Positions 1 through 8,989 of a DNA stretch of 64,000 bases are shown here, piece by piece. Numbering within the stretch: the first letter of the stretch is position 1; every line of letters starts with the position of its first letter. Made by a program: the position numbers and the translations under genes. This DNA is from Escherichia phage vB_EcoM_TU01, in sequence record MZ560701; one strand, given 5' to 3'. The notes under the pieces were generated by a model. The model was not told the origin of the DNA and did not search any database. It worked only from the letters and a program-made list of their open reading frames with translations.

Positions 1-1
1 C

Positions 2-78
<77 letters not shown>

Positions 79-96
79 ACTTTAAGTGAGGAAAAT

Positions 97-441
97 ATGA
101 AAGGCAATATTTATCTGGTAGTTCATGATTTAACGTTTTATTTTAACGAACANGATACAGTTATTTCCGACCGGTTGATTAATTCGTTATATCAACACGC
201 TGATTACGTTTATTTTAAAAATGAATTCGGACATTGGAAGTTTCTTAAAAACCGTTCCGGGTTAACTAGTTTTGAATACTTTGACCGTAAAGACCTTTTA
301 AACGAAATTCCATTACAACATCGATTCCAGAAACGCGAATCACTATACTATTGTCGCCATATACCAAATGCTGAATGTGTTTATGAAGCGATTAATCTAT
401 GGCGTCGGCGTCGAGAGCAAATTGATGATATGTCAAAATAA
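97..441 (+). CDS. hypothetical protein (115 aa)
   Basis: ORF with gaggaaa RBS before ATG 97; track ORF 49..441 trimmed because its 5' end overlaps the tRNA. Confidence 0.5.
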   Translation: MKGNIYLVVHDLTFYFNEXDTVISDRLINSLYQHADYVYFKNEFGHWKFLKNRSGLTSFEYFDRKDLLNEIPLQHRFQKRESLYYCRHIPNAECVYEAINLWRRRREQIDDMSK

Positions 442-589
442 GAAGCCGGGTCGCTACCGGCAAGTCGTCGGACTGATGTTCCCTGAGTAAGGACTGGTCT
501 TAATAAATCTTTATGATTTGTTAATATCCCCTTACATCACAGCAGAAACGGCGCANCGAATTATCGATTCGAGGAAATATCTTTGCCGT

Positions 590-705
590 AAGCCGAGTAG
601 CGTTTTTGACGGAACGTTCGGATATGGTCGAGATATGGCCTTTTAAAAATATTGAGTAGCGTCAACTACTTAATAACCGGGTTCAAATCCCGGCGTTTCG
701 TACAA
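590..705 (+). ncRNA. possible small stable RNA with tRNA-like T-arm (position analogous to T4 species 1/2 RNAs)
   Basis: Non-coding stretch 445-745; ccggg-ttcaaat-cccgg hairpin at 677-693; full fold not resolved. Confidence 0.25.
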
Positions 706-744
706 ACACTTACCTTAGTAGGTGGAAACCCCGACAAGGTATAT

Positions 745-775
745 AGCCCCTTCCGAAAGGTTGGGGCTTTTTTGT
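745..775 (+). terminator. rho-independent terminator
   Basis: agcccc...ggggct stem followed by T6; near-identical copy at 16915-16944. Confidence 0.7.
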
Positions 776-782
776 ATAAATA
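775..782 (+). promoter_or_regulatory. late promoter TATAAATA
   Basis: Exact TATAAATA about 35 nt upstream of ATG 818. Confidence 0.4.
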
Positions 783-817
783 TAGTAAACAATAAACCTA
801 CTTTCTAAGGACCATCG

Positions 818-1444
818 ATGTATACTTTTAATGAATTTTTAGCCGAAACGGAAGTAATCACCGAAGCCGGTGTACGTATGACAAAAGAGAAATGGCAAGC
901 TGCTTACGATGCTATTTCTGGTACAAAAACTAGTACAGAGTTTTTCAAAAACGTTCAAGCCATGTACGGTATCGACACTTCGAGCCAAAAAGAATATTAC
1001 AGAGCTTCTAAAGCATTCAAAGATATTGTTAGTGGTGGTGTTTCTGCTAAATCTGGTTCGCCTAAAGTAAAACCTGCTCCTACCATTCCTAAACCTGCGG
1101 CCCCTAAAGCAATAGCAAAACCTGAGCCTAAGCCTGAAGTAAAAGCAACTCCTAAAGCTCCTGCTCTTAAGTTTGATACTTCTAGCCTGGAAAAAAAATA
1201 TAAACAACTATCTTCGCTTGTTCGCGATATTGAATCCGATACATCTTCACTCGTTCGTGAATTCAATATTCTTCGCAATGGCCAACATATCAACAACCTT
1301 GATACCCCAGACCTTTATCGTCTTTATTTGACTATCGAAGGTTTGAAGTATACTCAACCACTTCACGATGCGATTAAAGAAAAACTTCGTCAGGCAGGTC
1401 GTTTGGCTGCTGACGCTGCTCAGTATGCAAAAACTCGTAAGTAA
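818..1444 (+). CDS. internal-protein-like protein with capsid-targeting-type N-terminus (MYTFNEFLAE) and Pro/Ala/Lys-rich linker
   Basis: ORF with aagga RBS; N-terminus matches the MKTYxEFxxE motif of T4 internal proteins; low-complexity KPAPTIPKPAAPK region. Confidence 0.6.
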   Translation: MYTFNEFLAETEVITEAGVRMTKEKWQAAYDAISGTKTSTEFFKNVQAMYGIDTSSQKEYYRASKAFKDIVSGGVSAKSGSPKVKPAPTIPKPAAPKAIAKPEPKPEVKATPKAPALKFDTSSLEKKYKQLSSLVRDIESDTSSLVREFNILRNGQHINNLDTPDLYRLYLTIEGLKYTQPLHDAIKEKLRQAGRLAADAAQYAKTRK

Positions 1445-1449
1445 AGAAT

Positions 1450-1470
1450 GGGGACTTCGGTCCCCTTTAG
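1450..1470 (+). terminator. UUCG-tetraloop hairpin (terminator or RNA-stability element)
   Basis: ggggac-ttcg-gtcccc then ttta; immediately after stop codon. Confidence 0.4.
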
Positions 1471-1496
1471 GGGGTCTATAACTTACTGAAAAAGTT

Positions 1497-1525
1497 GTTT
1501 ACTTCTTCCCTAGATGTGTTACTAT
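1497..1525 (+). promoter_or_regulatory. early promoter
   Basis: GTTTAC, 17 nt spacer, TACTAT, then ATAGACCTATCAA motif. Confidence 0.55.
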
Positions 1526-1553
1526 AGACCTATCAAAACATGAGGAGAATATT

Positions 1554-1859
1554 ATGAGTCTTTACACTGAACTGAATAAAAAATCTGAAGAATCTGCTGA
1601 AACTATTTTTAAAAACGTGCAAAAGCGTATTTTAGAAAAGATGTATAACACTGCAGCTAAAGGTGAAAAATCTTGCCGGTTTCCGATTAGGTGTTCTTCA
1701 GATTTATGCGCAAATACTATTGAATGGCTGGAAAGTGAAGGTCTTACGGTAGAGAAAAACCCGGCGACTTCTATTGACAGCGAATCATATATTAGTATTT
1801 CTTGGGATAAACCACGTATGAATGAAGGACACTACAAGTTGTTAAGTTGGAAAAATTAA
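1554..1859 (+). CDS. hypothetical protein (101 aa)
   Basis: ORF with gaggag RBS. Confidence 0.55.
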   Translation: MSLYTELNKKSEESAETIFKNVQKRILEKMYNTAAKGEKSCRFPIRCSSDLCANTIEWLESEGLTVEKNPATSIDSESYISISWDKPRMNEGHYKLLSWKN

Positions 1860-1869
1860 AAATAATGAT

Positions 1870-1898
1870 GTACAAGCACCAAGGATGGTGATACTATA
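1870..1898 (+). promoter_or_regulatory. early promoter
   Basis: GTACAA -35-like, 17 nt, TACTAT then AGACTTATCAA. Confidence 0.45.
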
Positions 1899-1927
1899 GA
1901 CTTATCAACTACAGAGGAGTAAACAAA

Positions 1928-2092
1928 ATGACTACTTTAATTATTTGGTTCGATGAAAATGAAGAAACATACTGTGTGAATATTGGTGAAAGTCCAATGC
2001 CTGAATTTGAATCCTCAGATAAAAACTCTGTTGTATCTTGGGCTGAAGGTTATAAAGCAGCTAAAGGTGACGTTGAAATAATTTACATCTAA
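1928..2092 (+). CDS. hypothetical small protein (54 aa)
   Basis: ORF below track cutoff; agaggag RBS before ATG 1928. Confidence 0.45.
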   Translation: MTTLIIWFDENEETYCVNIGESPMPEFESSDKNSVVSWAEGYKAAKGDVEIIYI

Positions 2093-2111
2093 GTAAGTTT
2101 ATGTTATAGTA
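2082..2111 (+). promoter_or_regulatory. early promoter
   Basis: TTTACA, 18 nt, TATAGT then AGTCCTATCAA. Confidence 0.4.
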
Positions 2112-2138
2112 GTCCTATCAAATCAAGAGGAAAACAAA

Positions 2139-2366
2139 ATGGCTACAGTTAGTATTGATGTCGTTGATTATGAATACACCGAAGAAGTTATTCGCAACCG
2201 TCACCCTGAAGTTCGTATCGATTCAGTCCAAGATTCCAAGTTCTGGACAACTGAGCTTAATCTGAGTGGTCCTTATGAAGCCGTTAAGAAGTTCATGGTT
2301 GAAGAATACTGNGAAGGCATGCACCCNGAAGACGCCGAGTTTTATGTCAATTTGATTAAAAAATAA
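2139..2366 (+). CDS. hypothetical protein (75 aa)
   Basis: ORF with agagga RBS. Confidence 0.5.
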   Translation: MATVSIDVVDYEYTEEVIRNRHPEVRIDSVQDSKFWTTELNLSGPYEAVKKFMVEEYXEGMHXEDAEFYVNLIKK

Positions 2367-2401
2367 TTTACAAACTCTTGAGAGCAGAGTATAATGCTCT
2401 C
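2367..2401 (+). promoter_or_regulatory. sigma70-type promoter TTTACA-17-TATAAT with inverted repeat gagagc/gctctc flanking the -10
   Basis: Consensus-like elements; 44-nt block 2371-2414 is repeated exactly at 32984-33027. Confidence 0.55.
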
Positions 2402-2436
2402 ATTGGATAATAAACCACCAATTGAAAGGTAATAAT

Positions 2437-3030
2437 ATGAACACACTGAAGAAACTTGTTGAATTCATCCGCACTAAACTGGGTACTGCTATGGCTAAAA
2501 ATCTGACTGTCGAAGAACAGTATAACGCAGCTGCAGATAAGTTGATTACCCAAATCAAAGAACTAAAAACGGCTTCTGTTAAATCTATTAATGAAGAAAA
2601 ACGTATTCGCGAACTTGTTAATGAAAAGAACAAGCAAGCNGCTTCTAAGGAACGTGAAATTCGTAAGCTCCTGGCTGAAGGACAAGATGTTACCATGCAT
2701 GCTAAGCTTGGTCTTCTGTATCGTCGAACTGCCGAACAACTTAATACAAAAGCTGACGGGTATGCCGCTATGCGAATTGAAATTGCTCGTAAGGTGGTTG
2801 AACTTGANGATGCTCGTCAGAATCTGGCAATCAAACTCGAATACATTCGTGAAACTCGAGCAGCCAATGCCCTTGGTATCTCTACGGCTGATGATGTAAT
2901 TGAAATCGCTGCACTGACTAAGGTTGATATCGAAGACACTCTGACTCGTGTTGAAACGTTCAATGGCACTCCAGCTGGTGTCGAAACCACTTCTGCNGAT
3001 GTACAAGAATATATTAACTCTTTGAAATAA
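2437..3030 (+). CDS. hypothetical protein (197 aa), coiled-coil-like
   Basis: ATG 2437 preceded by aaagg RBS; track start 2422 is TTG. Confidence 0.55.
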   Translation: MNTLKKLVEFIRTKLGTAMAKNLTVEEQYNAAADKLITQIKELKTASVKSINEEKRIRELVNEKNKQXASKEREIRKLLAEGQDVTMHAKLGLLYRRTAEQLNTKADGYAAMRIEIARKVVELXDARQNLAIKLEYIRETRAANALGISTADDVIEIAALTKVDIEDTLTRVETFNGTPAGVETTSXDVQEYINSLK

Positions 3031-3038
3031 AATAATAC

Positions 3039-3061
3039 GGAGGACTCCGGTCCTCCTTTTG
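3039..3061 (+). terminator. rho-independent terminator
   Basis: ggaggac-tccg-gtcctcc then TTTT. Confidence 0.65.
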
Positions 3062-3079
3062 GATAATAAAGGAGTTAAC

Positions 3080-3676
3080 ATGCGAAACCAAAATAATGAT
3101 ATTGACTCAATGTTCGAAGAGTTCCGAAATAAGGTAAATCCACCTACGTCTTTAGTTGATTCATTACGATATGTTGCAACTGGACGTAAATGGTACTGGT
3201 CGTCTTCTTATGAGACAACTGAATATGCAAATAACCGAAAATCTTTATTAGCCCCAGGTATTATGATTCATGATATCGGAGCTATTGCTAAACTAGTTGC
3301 AGACCATGATATTAGATTCACTGATTTCGTTGCTCCTACATGGTCTGTTTGTTGTTTAAACACTGAATGGGACTATATCAGTGAACGTTCAGATGATTAN
3401 NTAGGCTTTAGAGATAAGCTTTTAAGGTCTAACATGTTTTATATTGATACNGAAGTTCTGGTCAATAATAAAAAATACTACTTCACTTTAATCGTCGATT
3501 CTGAAACTATGTATGAAGGCAAGCCTTTGCTTAAAAGAGTTGATGCTTTAAGTGCTATTGATGCGCTTTATGAAACCATGGTTGTTAGTCCTAATTTCAC
3601 TAACAATTTAATCCTTGAGCAATTTATTATGGAATGTAGAGAATATGTCAAAGCCAACCCTNTACATGCCAATTAA
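3080..3676 (+). CDS. hypothetical protein (198 aa)
   Basis: ATG 3080 after aaggag RBS. Confidence 0.55.
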   Translation: MRNQNNDIDSMFEEFRNKVNPPTSLVDSLRYVATGRKWYWSSSYETTEYANNRKSLLAPGIMIHDIGAIAKLVADHDIRFTDFVAPTWSVCCLNTEWDYISERSDDXXGFRDKLLRSNMFYIDXEVLVNNKKYYFTLIVDSETMYEGKPLLKRVDALSAIDALYETMVVSPNFTNNLILEQFIMECREYVKANPXHAN

Positions 3677-4040
3677 GCCCTGGGCNTANGAATACAAACG
3701 TAAATTAATCCCAAATGAAGTACTATTTGGCCCTATTTTAGCTTTAGCATTTTTAATCTTTATGATTATAGGAGCTGTTTTAGATTCTAGTGAAGTTATA
3801 TCGTCTGATGCAGNGTTTTTACTTATTATACCCGGGTCGTTTATTNTACCNTTTTTATTAATGCCTATTAACTGGGTGGGATATTGGNACCAAGGACGTC
3901 ATCACAGAGCCCGATTAAGAGAATGGAAAGTTCAGTGCGCAAAAGCCCAAGCTCAGTATGATGAAGCTGTTAAAAAGTATGAATANGAAGAAGCTATGGA
4001 ATTCGTTAAGGAAATAAGANGCAAAAGCCTCAACTCTTAA
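3666..4040 (+). CDS. hypothetical membrane protein
   Basis: Hydrophobic segments; start uncertain (ATG 3615, 3645 or 3666). Confidence 0.4.
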   Translation: MPIKPWXXEYKRKLIPNEVLFGPILALAFLIFMIIGAVLDSSEVISSDAXFLLIIPGSFIXXFLLMPINWVGYWXQGRHHRARLREWKVQCAKAQAQYDEAVKKYEXEEAMEFVKEIRXKSLNS

Positions 4041-4081
4041 CCGTACGGCCTTCTCTTGGTGAGAACATTCTAATTTTTATT

Positions 4082-4378
4082 ATGAGTATTGGCATGGGAT
4101 TTGCCTTTGGATTAGTTGGATTTCTTATTGACGGCGTTGTGTTAGGATTTATAGGGAACACTGGTGGATTCACAGACCAATGGCAGGACTTACGGTATAC
4201 CCAAGCCTTTGCATCCATCGCATCATTTTGTACTGTAGTCTATTTTTACTACGATTTTATAAACCATAACAAGAAAAATAAAAAGGTTTACGCTTCTCAA
4301 ATGATTAGTTATAATGAACTCCTAGCTAGACGTGAAAATGAAACAATCGAAAACTTTATTAAGGAATGTAGAAAATGA
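4082..4378 (+). CDS. hypothetical membrane protein (98 aa)
   Basis: Hydrophobic N-terminal half; ORF. Confidence 0.5.
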   Translation: MSIGMGFAFGLVGFLIDGVVLGFIGNTGGFTDQWQDLRYTQAFASIASFCTVVYFYYDFINHNKKNKKVYASQMISYNELLARRENETIENFIKECRK

Positions 4379-4680
4379 GTAAGATTATTGAAATTAAAGT
4401 ACCAGAGTTTAANGATGCCAAATCCGCTTCAGATGCAATTTATAAACTTCTGAATCAAGCTGAACGTATCGAAGAAGAAGCAACAAAGATCGCAGACCAA
4501 TATGCCGTATCATTTTCTGTAGGTGATTATGGTAGCGGTCGTACTTATTATCCTAAGGGTGAAATCGTATCCCAGTGGATGAAAAATGAAATTGAAAATA
4601 ATGGTGGCGATGTTAAGCGTGAAGGTAATGGTTACGTTATTACTGAAGGTGCTTGGGTTTCGTCTTCTGCGTTGTGCTAA
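4375..4680 (+). CDS. small protein, paralog family member 1 (C-terminal EGAWVSSSALC)
   Basis: Tandem ORF; conserved C-terminal tail shared with the next two ORFs. Confidence 0.55.
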   Translation: MSKIIEIKVPEFXDAKSASDAIYKLLNQAERIEEEATKIADQYAVSFSVGDYGSGRTYYPKGEIVSQWMKNEIENNGGDVKREGNGYVITEGAWVSSSALC

Positions 4681-4689
4681 GGAATCATT

Positions 4690-4962
4690 ATGTCTAAAGA
4701 ACAAACCGAACTGGCTGAAGCTGTAGCAAAAATCTATGCAGCTATTGAGGCTGCCAAAGAAATTGCTGATAAACAAAACACAACATTCGACTTGTATCCA
4801 GCTTATGGTATGGGTGGAACATATCATTCACCCGGACAGCTTAAAGCCGATCTTGAACGTTGTACAAAAAACGGCTATGCTGAATGGGCNGACGTTTACC
4901 AATACGACTACAACCTNAGCCTCGAAACNGGNGGTTGGATTGCATCTTCTCACACTTGCTAA
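4690..4962 (+). CDS. small protein, paralog family member 2 (C-terminal GGWIASSHTC)
   Basis: Tandem ORF, shared C-terminal motif. Confidence 0.55.
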   Translation: MSKEQTELAEAVAKIYAAIEAAKEIADKQNTTFDLYPAYGMGGTYHSPGQLKADLERCTKNGYAEWXDVYQYDYNXSLEXXGWIASSHTC

Positions 4963-4971
4963 GGAAACCAT

Positions 4972-5169
4972 ATGTCTCGTGAATTAGATTGTGCTGTACG
5001 TACGGCAGTAGCTGCTCTGGAAAACCTGTTCCAAATTGCAACAGAAGAACGCGAAGAAGTTACATTATGGATTGAAGATAACGCAGGNCTGAATCTCCAG
5101 AACGCAATCTCGTTATCAAATAATAGTATTACTGTTCAAGGCTGGGTATCNTCTAGTTATTCTTGCTAA
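4972..5169 (+). CDS. small protein, paralog family member 3 (C-terminal QGWVxSSYSC)
   Basis: Tandem ORF, shared C-terminal motif. Confidence 0.55.
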   Translation: MSRELDCAVRTAVAALENLFQIATEEREEVTLWIEDNAXLNLQNAISLSNNSITVQGWVXSSYSC

Positions 5170-5173
5170 AACA

Positions 5174-5203
5174 GTTTACAACAAGATAGGGCTATGTTAT
5201 AGT
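5174..5203 (+). promoter_or_regulatory. early promoter
   Basis: GTTTAC, 18 nt, TATAGT then AGnCCTATCAA. Confidence 0.5.
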
Positions 5204-5231
5204 AGNCCTATCAAATTAAATGGAGTCCACA

Positions 5232-5471
5232 ATGATTTATTANGAAAGTATTGGAACCNAAGTGGTTGCTAAAACCATTACTCGTGAAAAGTTTGCAAAG
5301 ATATTCGATATGCGTTATAAAAAATCTGAACACAAAGGCATCCGNTTCGAAGATGCACACTGNACAATTTGCCCTTATAATGAAGACATAAANGGTACAA
5401 TCGTTCCATTGGTAGAGGCTTCACACGATGACCTCTGGGATGAATATAATATCGCATGTCGTGAAATTTAA
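5232..5471 (+). CDS. hypothetical protein (79 aa)
   Basis: ATG 5232 after tggag RBS. Confidence 0.45.
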   Translation: MIYXESIGTXVVAKTITREKFAKIFDMRYKKSEHKGIXFEDAHXTICPYNEDIXGTIVPLVEASHDDLWDEYNIACREI

Positions 5472-5495
5472 GTTAATTAATCCGAGGAAAATATT

Positions 5496-6452
5496 ATGAT
5501 GTTAGTTATTGGTTCTCGTGCACTTCACTATCATGGCCTTATTGATTCTAACGCTATCAAAAATAGTGATTGGGACTTTATTGCGGACCAAGGTTCTTGG
5601 AATGCATTCAAAAATCAAATGATGGGTGTATATGTTCACCAAGATAACCCTGATGTCCAAGTTTTCAAATGCTTCCATAANGGACGCGAAACTCATTTTG
5701 AAGCATATATTGTTCCGGCAATCACTAATGTCCGTGAATTAGTAGGTGAACTCACTCCTGAAGATTTCACGTCTTCTTATGACCTTTTAAAATACGCCAA
5801 GAAAAATTTGACTAAAGACCGTTTGAACGGGTTTTACTGGGCAACTCCTGAGATATGTCTTGCAATTAAGATGTCTCATCGTTTCAAGAAAAATAATCCA
5901 TTCTTTTTAAAGACTATGAACCATATTCAGTATCTTCGTGGTAAAGGTGTTACACTGAACGATGAACTTACTGAAATTATGCTGAAACGCCAGAAAGAAA
6001 CCTTGAACTATGCTCACCCAGTTCTTGACACTTCTAAAAGTGCGTTCTTTAAAGATGANATCTATACATATGACCATGATACTATTCATGAAGCCATTGC
6101 ACTAACAGACCGTCCAGCGTATACATTTTATATGAAAGACGGTTCTGAAGTCATGACCTCACGCGAGAAGTTCGAATCGTTACCAGAAATGGTCAAATTG
6201 GCCGGTGTATATGAAGAATCATGTGTACTAGCATTAGAACGTTCTCAGATTCCTAATGACTTTAAAATTAACCCTGAAGCCAGTTTTATGATGGCATTAG
6301 AAAAAGTCTGCACAAGCATCACCTCNGGTTGGTTCCGTGAATACGCCTGGGAAAACTACAGCAAAGTAGTAAGTATGTACCAAAGCTTAGGACACGACGA
6401 TTACGTCAAACGTTTCAAACAAAATTTNCATATGGTAAAACCTTTCAAATAA
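5496..6452 (+). CDS. hypothetical protein (318 aa)
   Basis: Long ORF with gaggaaa RBS; no motif recognised. Confidence 0.6.
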   Translation: MMLVIGSRALHYHGLIDSNAIKNSDWDFIADQGSWNAFKNQMMGVYVHQDNPDVQVFKCFHXGRETHFEAYIVPAITNVRELVGELTPEDFTSSYDLLKYAKKNLTKDRLNGFYWATPEICLAIKMSHRFKKNNPFFLKTMNHIQYLRGKGVTLNDELTEIMLKRQKETLNYAHPVLDTSKSAFFKDXIYTYDHDTIHEAIALTDRPAYTFYMKDGSEVMTSREKFESLPEMVKLAGVYEESCVLALERSQIPNDFKINPEASFMMALEKVCTSITXGWFREYAWENYSKVVSMYQSLGHDDYVKRFKQNXHMVKPFK

Positions 6453-6464
6453 TTTCACAAAACT

Positions 6465-6494
6465 GTTTACAAGGTCTGTAGTTGTTGATACTAT
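6465..6494 (+). promoter_or_regulatory. early promoter
   Basis: GTTTAC, 18 nt, TACTAT then AGACCTATCAA. Confidence 0.55.
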
Positions 6495-6532
6495 AGACCT
6501 ATCAAAACAAATGAGTGAATGGAGATATAAAA

Positions 6533-6733
6533 ATGACTACTTTGAATAAACGTTTCGGTAAAGCTAAACCTGGTTGTGCAGCAGAACGTCGTTATGTTTT
6601 CGCTCAGTTAGAAGATGTAGAGTATCAGATTAATCAAGTTCACATTACTGGTATCGAGCCTATGTGTGGCCTTGAAGCTCTTCGTGAAGTTCGTGATGGG
6701 TATCGTCGTGACATCGAAGAAATGTCAAAATAA
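6533..6733 (+). CDS. hypothetical protein (66 aa)
   Basis: ATG 6533 after ggag RBS. Confidence 0.45.
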   Translation: MTTLNKRFGKAKPGCAAERRYVFAQLEDVEYQINQVHITGIEPMCGLEALREVRDGYRRDIEEMSK

Positions 6734-6763
6734 GTGTACAAACTNATAGGNCTATGTTATAGT
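6734..6763 (+). promoter_or_regulatory. early promoter
   Basis: GTGTAC, 18 nt, TATAGT then AGTCCTATnAA. Confidence 0.45.
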
Positions 6764-6789
6764 AGTCCTATNAACATGAGGAGAATATT

Positions 6790-7095
6790 ATGAAATTAAC
6801 AGAAACCAATCGAATCGGTCTTTTAACAATATTTGCATCACCTTTTTACGCAGCCCTTTCTGTTGCAGTATTACAAAAGGCTTACGATATGGATGGTGTT
6901 CCTGGTTTTGTATTCTTATCGCCGTTTTTGCTATTCGTCGGAGCATTGTTATTATATGCCACGACTAGTTTCGACCATAATGTCTGGGTCAATTATAAAT
7001 GTAAATTGTCTGAAGAAGAACACGCAGAAGCTCGTAAAAAAGCTATTGAATCTACCAATCTAGAAAATTTCATTAAAGAATGTCGAGGAAAATAA
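6790..7095 (+). CDS. hypothetical membrane protein (101 aa)
   Basis: Two hydrophobic segments; gaggag RBS. Confidence 0.5.
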   Translation: MKLTETNRIGLLTIFASPFYAALSVAVLQKAYDMDGVPGFVFLSPFLLFVGALLLYATTSFDHNVWVNYKCKLSEEEHAEARKKAIESTNLENFIKECRGK

Positions 7096-7096
7096 T

Positions 7097-7783
7097 ATGA
7101 ATAGTTCTAAAGTGTTTAATAGTCAAGCTCGTGCAGTAGGTGGTTTTGCTGGCGGTATTTCTAATGATAAAATCAAAAACGAGCCTATGTTCTTNAACTG
7201 TAGTTTAGAATTTGCTTTTAATAATGGCGGNCCNATTACTCGTAGCTTCATCATGAACTTGCCGGATGATTGGAACACTGACCAGGTTGTATTTGATTCA
7301 CGAGTCCACATGCTGATGCCTGGTTGGTATCCTGCTATTCCTGGATATCACCATGANGACGTACCACGCCCTGATATTCCAGTTGGTCAACACTTTATTA
7401 CTGCAGGACAACCTGATTATGACAATCCTCGCTATTTGTCTGAACATATTCTTGGTCTTGTTAACGCTGACGTGTGTCCTACTCATTTTGCAACAGGAAC
7501 TGCAGAGTTCAGTCAGATTCCTGATGGCGAACTTATCTATCGTCAGTGGCACAAAGAAGTCCTCGAAAAAATTGAAAAAGGTGAACTAGAGAAATGGGAA
7601 GCTCCAGATCGTACTCTTCTTCAGTTTGATTGGCAAACATGGCACACNGGTTCTCGTGCAGTAAGTAATGGATGGCGCTGGTTCGGACGTGTATCTCGTA
7701 ATACAGACCGAGTTAAAAAGATTACCAATGAAATTCGTGTCAATGCTCAAGTTTATCTGGAATTCCCTATGGAAGGCTGGTAA
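7097..7783 (+). CDS. hypothetical protein (228 aa)
   Basis: ORF; HH-x-D...H residues noted but no fold assigned. Confidence 0.5.
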   Translation: MNSSKVFNSQARAVGGFAGGISNDKIKNEPMFXNCSLEFAFNNGXXITRSFIMNLPDDWNTDQVVFDSRVHMLMPGWYPAIPGYHHXDVPRPDIPVGQHFITAGQPDYDNPRYLSEHILGLVNADVCPTHFATGTAEFSQIPDGELIYRQWHKEVLEKIEKGELEKWEAPDRTLLQFDWQTWHXGSRAVSNGWRWFGRVSRNTDRVKKITNEIRVNAQVYLEFPMEGW

Positions 7784-8274
7784 TGATTAACAAAACATAT
7801 TGGTCTAATATAGACGATGGCAATGAAGGTATTTCATACTATTCAGTAGATTGGACAGGATGTCCATCCTACTTAGTGAAACATATTTGCCAAGAATTTA
7901 AAATCGACCAGCCAGCAGGTATTATCGTGAACAGATACATTAATGGATATCAACCTATCGATGAAGTAATACGAACAACTCAAGCTGAGCTTGAAANGTT
8001 TTTCAATAAGTGCCAATGGATAACAGGATGGATTATATTTGTACCGTCTATATGGTTTTTCAGTACTAAGGTGAGTTCTTTCGGTTTTGTTGATATTATT
8101 GCTATCTTATTAGCATCTAGTATCATAAGTGTTGTTGGTGGCATCATTGGCGGCGGTACTGCAGCCATCATTATTAATCTTGTTAAAAGTAGTTTACAGG
8201 AACGTAAAGACAAGATAAANGCCAAGAATAATGAAGTTGAACGTTTTATTACCGAATGCAGGAATTTGAGATGA
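7783..8274 (+). CDS. hypothetical membrane protein (163 aa)
   Basis: Hydrophobic core segments; start overlaps upstream stop. Confidence 0.5.
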   Translation: MINKTYWSNIDDGNEGISYYSVDWTGCPSYLVKHICQEFKIDQPAGIIVNRYINGYQPIDEVIRTTQAELEXFFNKCQWITGWIIFVPSIWFFSTKVSSFGFVDIIAILLASSIISVVGGIIGGGTAAIIINLVKSSLQERKDKIXAKNNEVERFITECRNLR

Positions 8275-8507
8275 GTATAGCAATTTACATTAAATCAGAA
8301 TCATGTGATAGTTATCTGTACACATACGATAAAGATGTGTCAGAAGAAAAAATCAAAGACGACCTTAATATGGACCTTGATTTGTTCCGTCCTATTGCAG
8401 ATTACAAACTTGCGGTCTCTAATAGTGAAAGTCCATCTAAAGAAACGCGCATTGAAGAATTTATGTCCAAATTAATGGCCAAATCATGGGACCGAGATGA
8501 TGAGTAA
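8271..8507 (+). CDS. hypothetical protein (78 aa)
   Basis: ATG 8271 overlapping upstream stop. Confidence 0.45.
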   Translation: MSIAIYIKSESCDSYLYTYDKDVSEEKIKDDLNMDLDLFRPIADYKLAVSNSESPSKETRIEEFMSKLMAKSWDRDDE

Positions 8508-8955
8508 GAAAAATAAAGTGAAAGAACTATCAGCCGGTATTATTTTCCTTACCGAAGATAAAGAATTATTCATGGGGCGTGTAACTGGTTCTCGTCCTAA
8601 AGGTTCTTTAGCTCATCGGTGGGATATTCCTAAAGGTCGTGTCGAGCCCGGTGAATCTCCTATCGAAGCCGCTATTCGTGAATGCGAAGAAGAAACTGGG
8701 TTTACACAATACGACCCTGCCTTCCTGAAAGACCTAGGTGAACATCATTACTCAGACAATAAGAATATTCATCTGTTCCTATATACCATCCCTGTAGAGC
8801 ACGAGCAATTCAGAAACAGTGTTTGTAATTCCTATCATACGTTCCCAGACGGACGACAGATTCCTGAATTTGATGCATTCGCTTTAATTAAACCTTCTCA
8901 ATGGGAATATGTAATGGGCAAATCATTATATAAGGTGCTCACTACCCTCCTATAA
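8497..8955 (+). CDS. nudE: Nudix hydrolase
   Basis: Nudix box GRVEPGESPIEAAIRECEEETGF; sits immediately upstream of lysozyme as in T4. Confidence 0.85.
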   Translation: MMSKKNKVKELSAGIIFLTEDKELFMGRVTGSRPKGSLAHRWDIPKGRVEPGESPIEAAIRECEEETGFTQYDPAFLKDLGEHHYSDNKNIHLFLYTIPVEHEQFRNSVCNSYHTFPDGRQIPEFDAFALIKPSQWEYVMGKSLYKVLTTLL

Positions 8956-8989
8956 GTAATAAATACCTCCTATAAACGTGGGAGGTATT

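Noticed and set aside
445-600. Additional tRNA genes after tRNA-Arg
   Set aside because: No complete cloverleaf could be folded by hand; only a T-arm-like hairpin at 677-693 was found, so the region is reported as a low-confidence ncRNA.
839-1296. Minus-strand track ORFs (839..1207 and 997..1296), and similar minus-strand ORFs throughout
   Set aside because: They lie entirely inside well-supported + strand genes, lack RBSs and have odd composition; treated as shadow ORFs. The only minus-strand ORF kept is 59217..59414.
4736-4987. Track ORF 4736..4987 (83 aa)
   Set aside because: Out-of-frame overlap with two better-supported tandem genes and no RBS.
7097-7783. Possible 2OG-Fe(II) oxygenase (HH-x-D...H residues)
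   Set aside because: Motif match too loose to call without a profile search; left as hypothetical.
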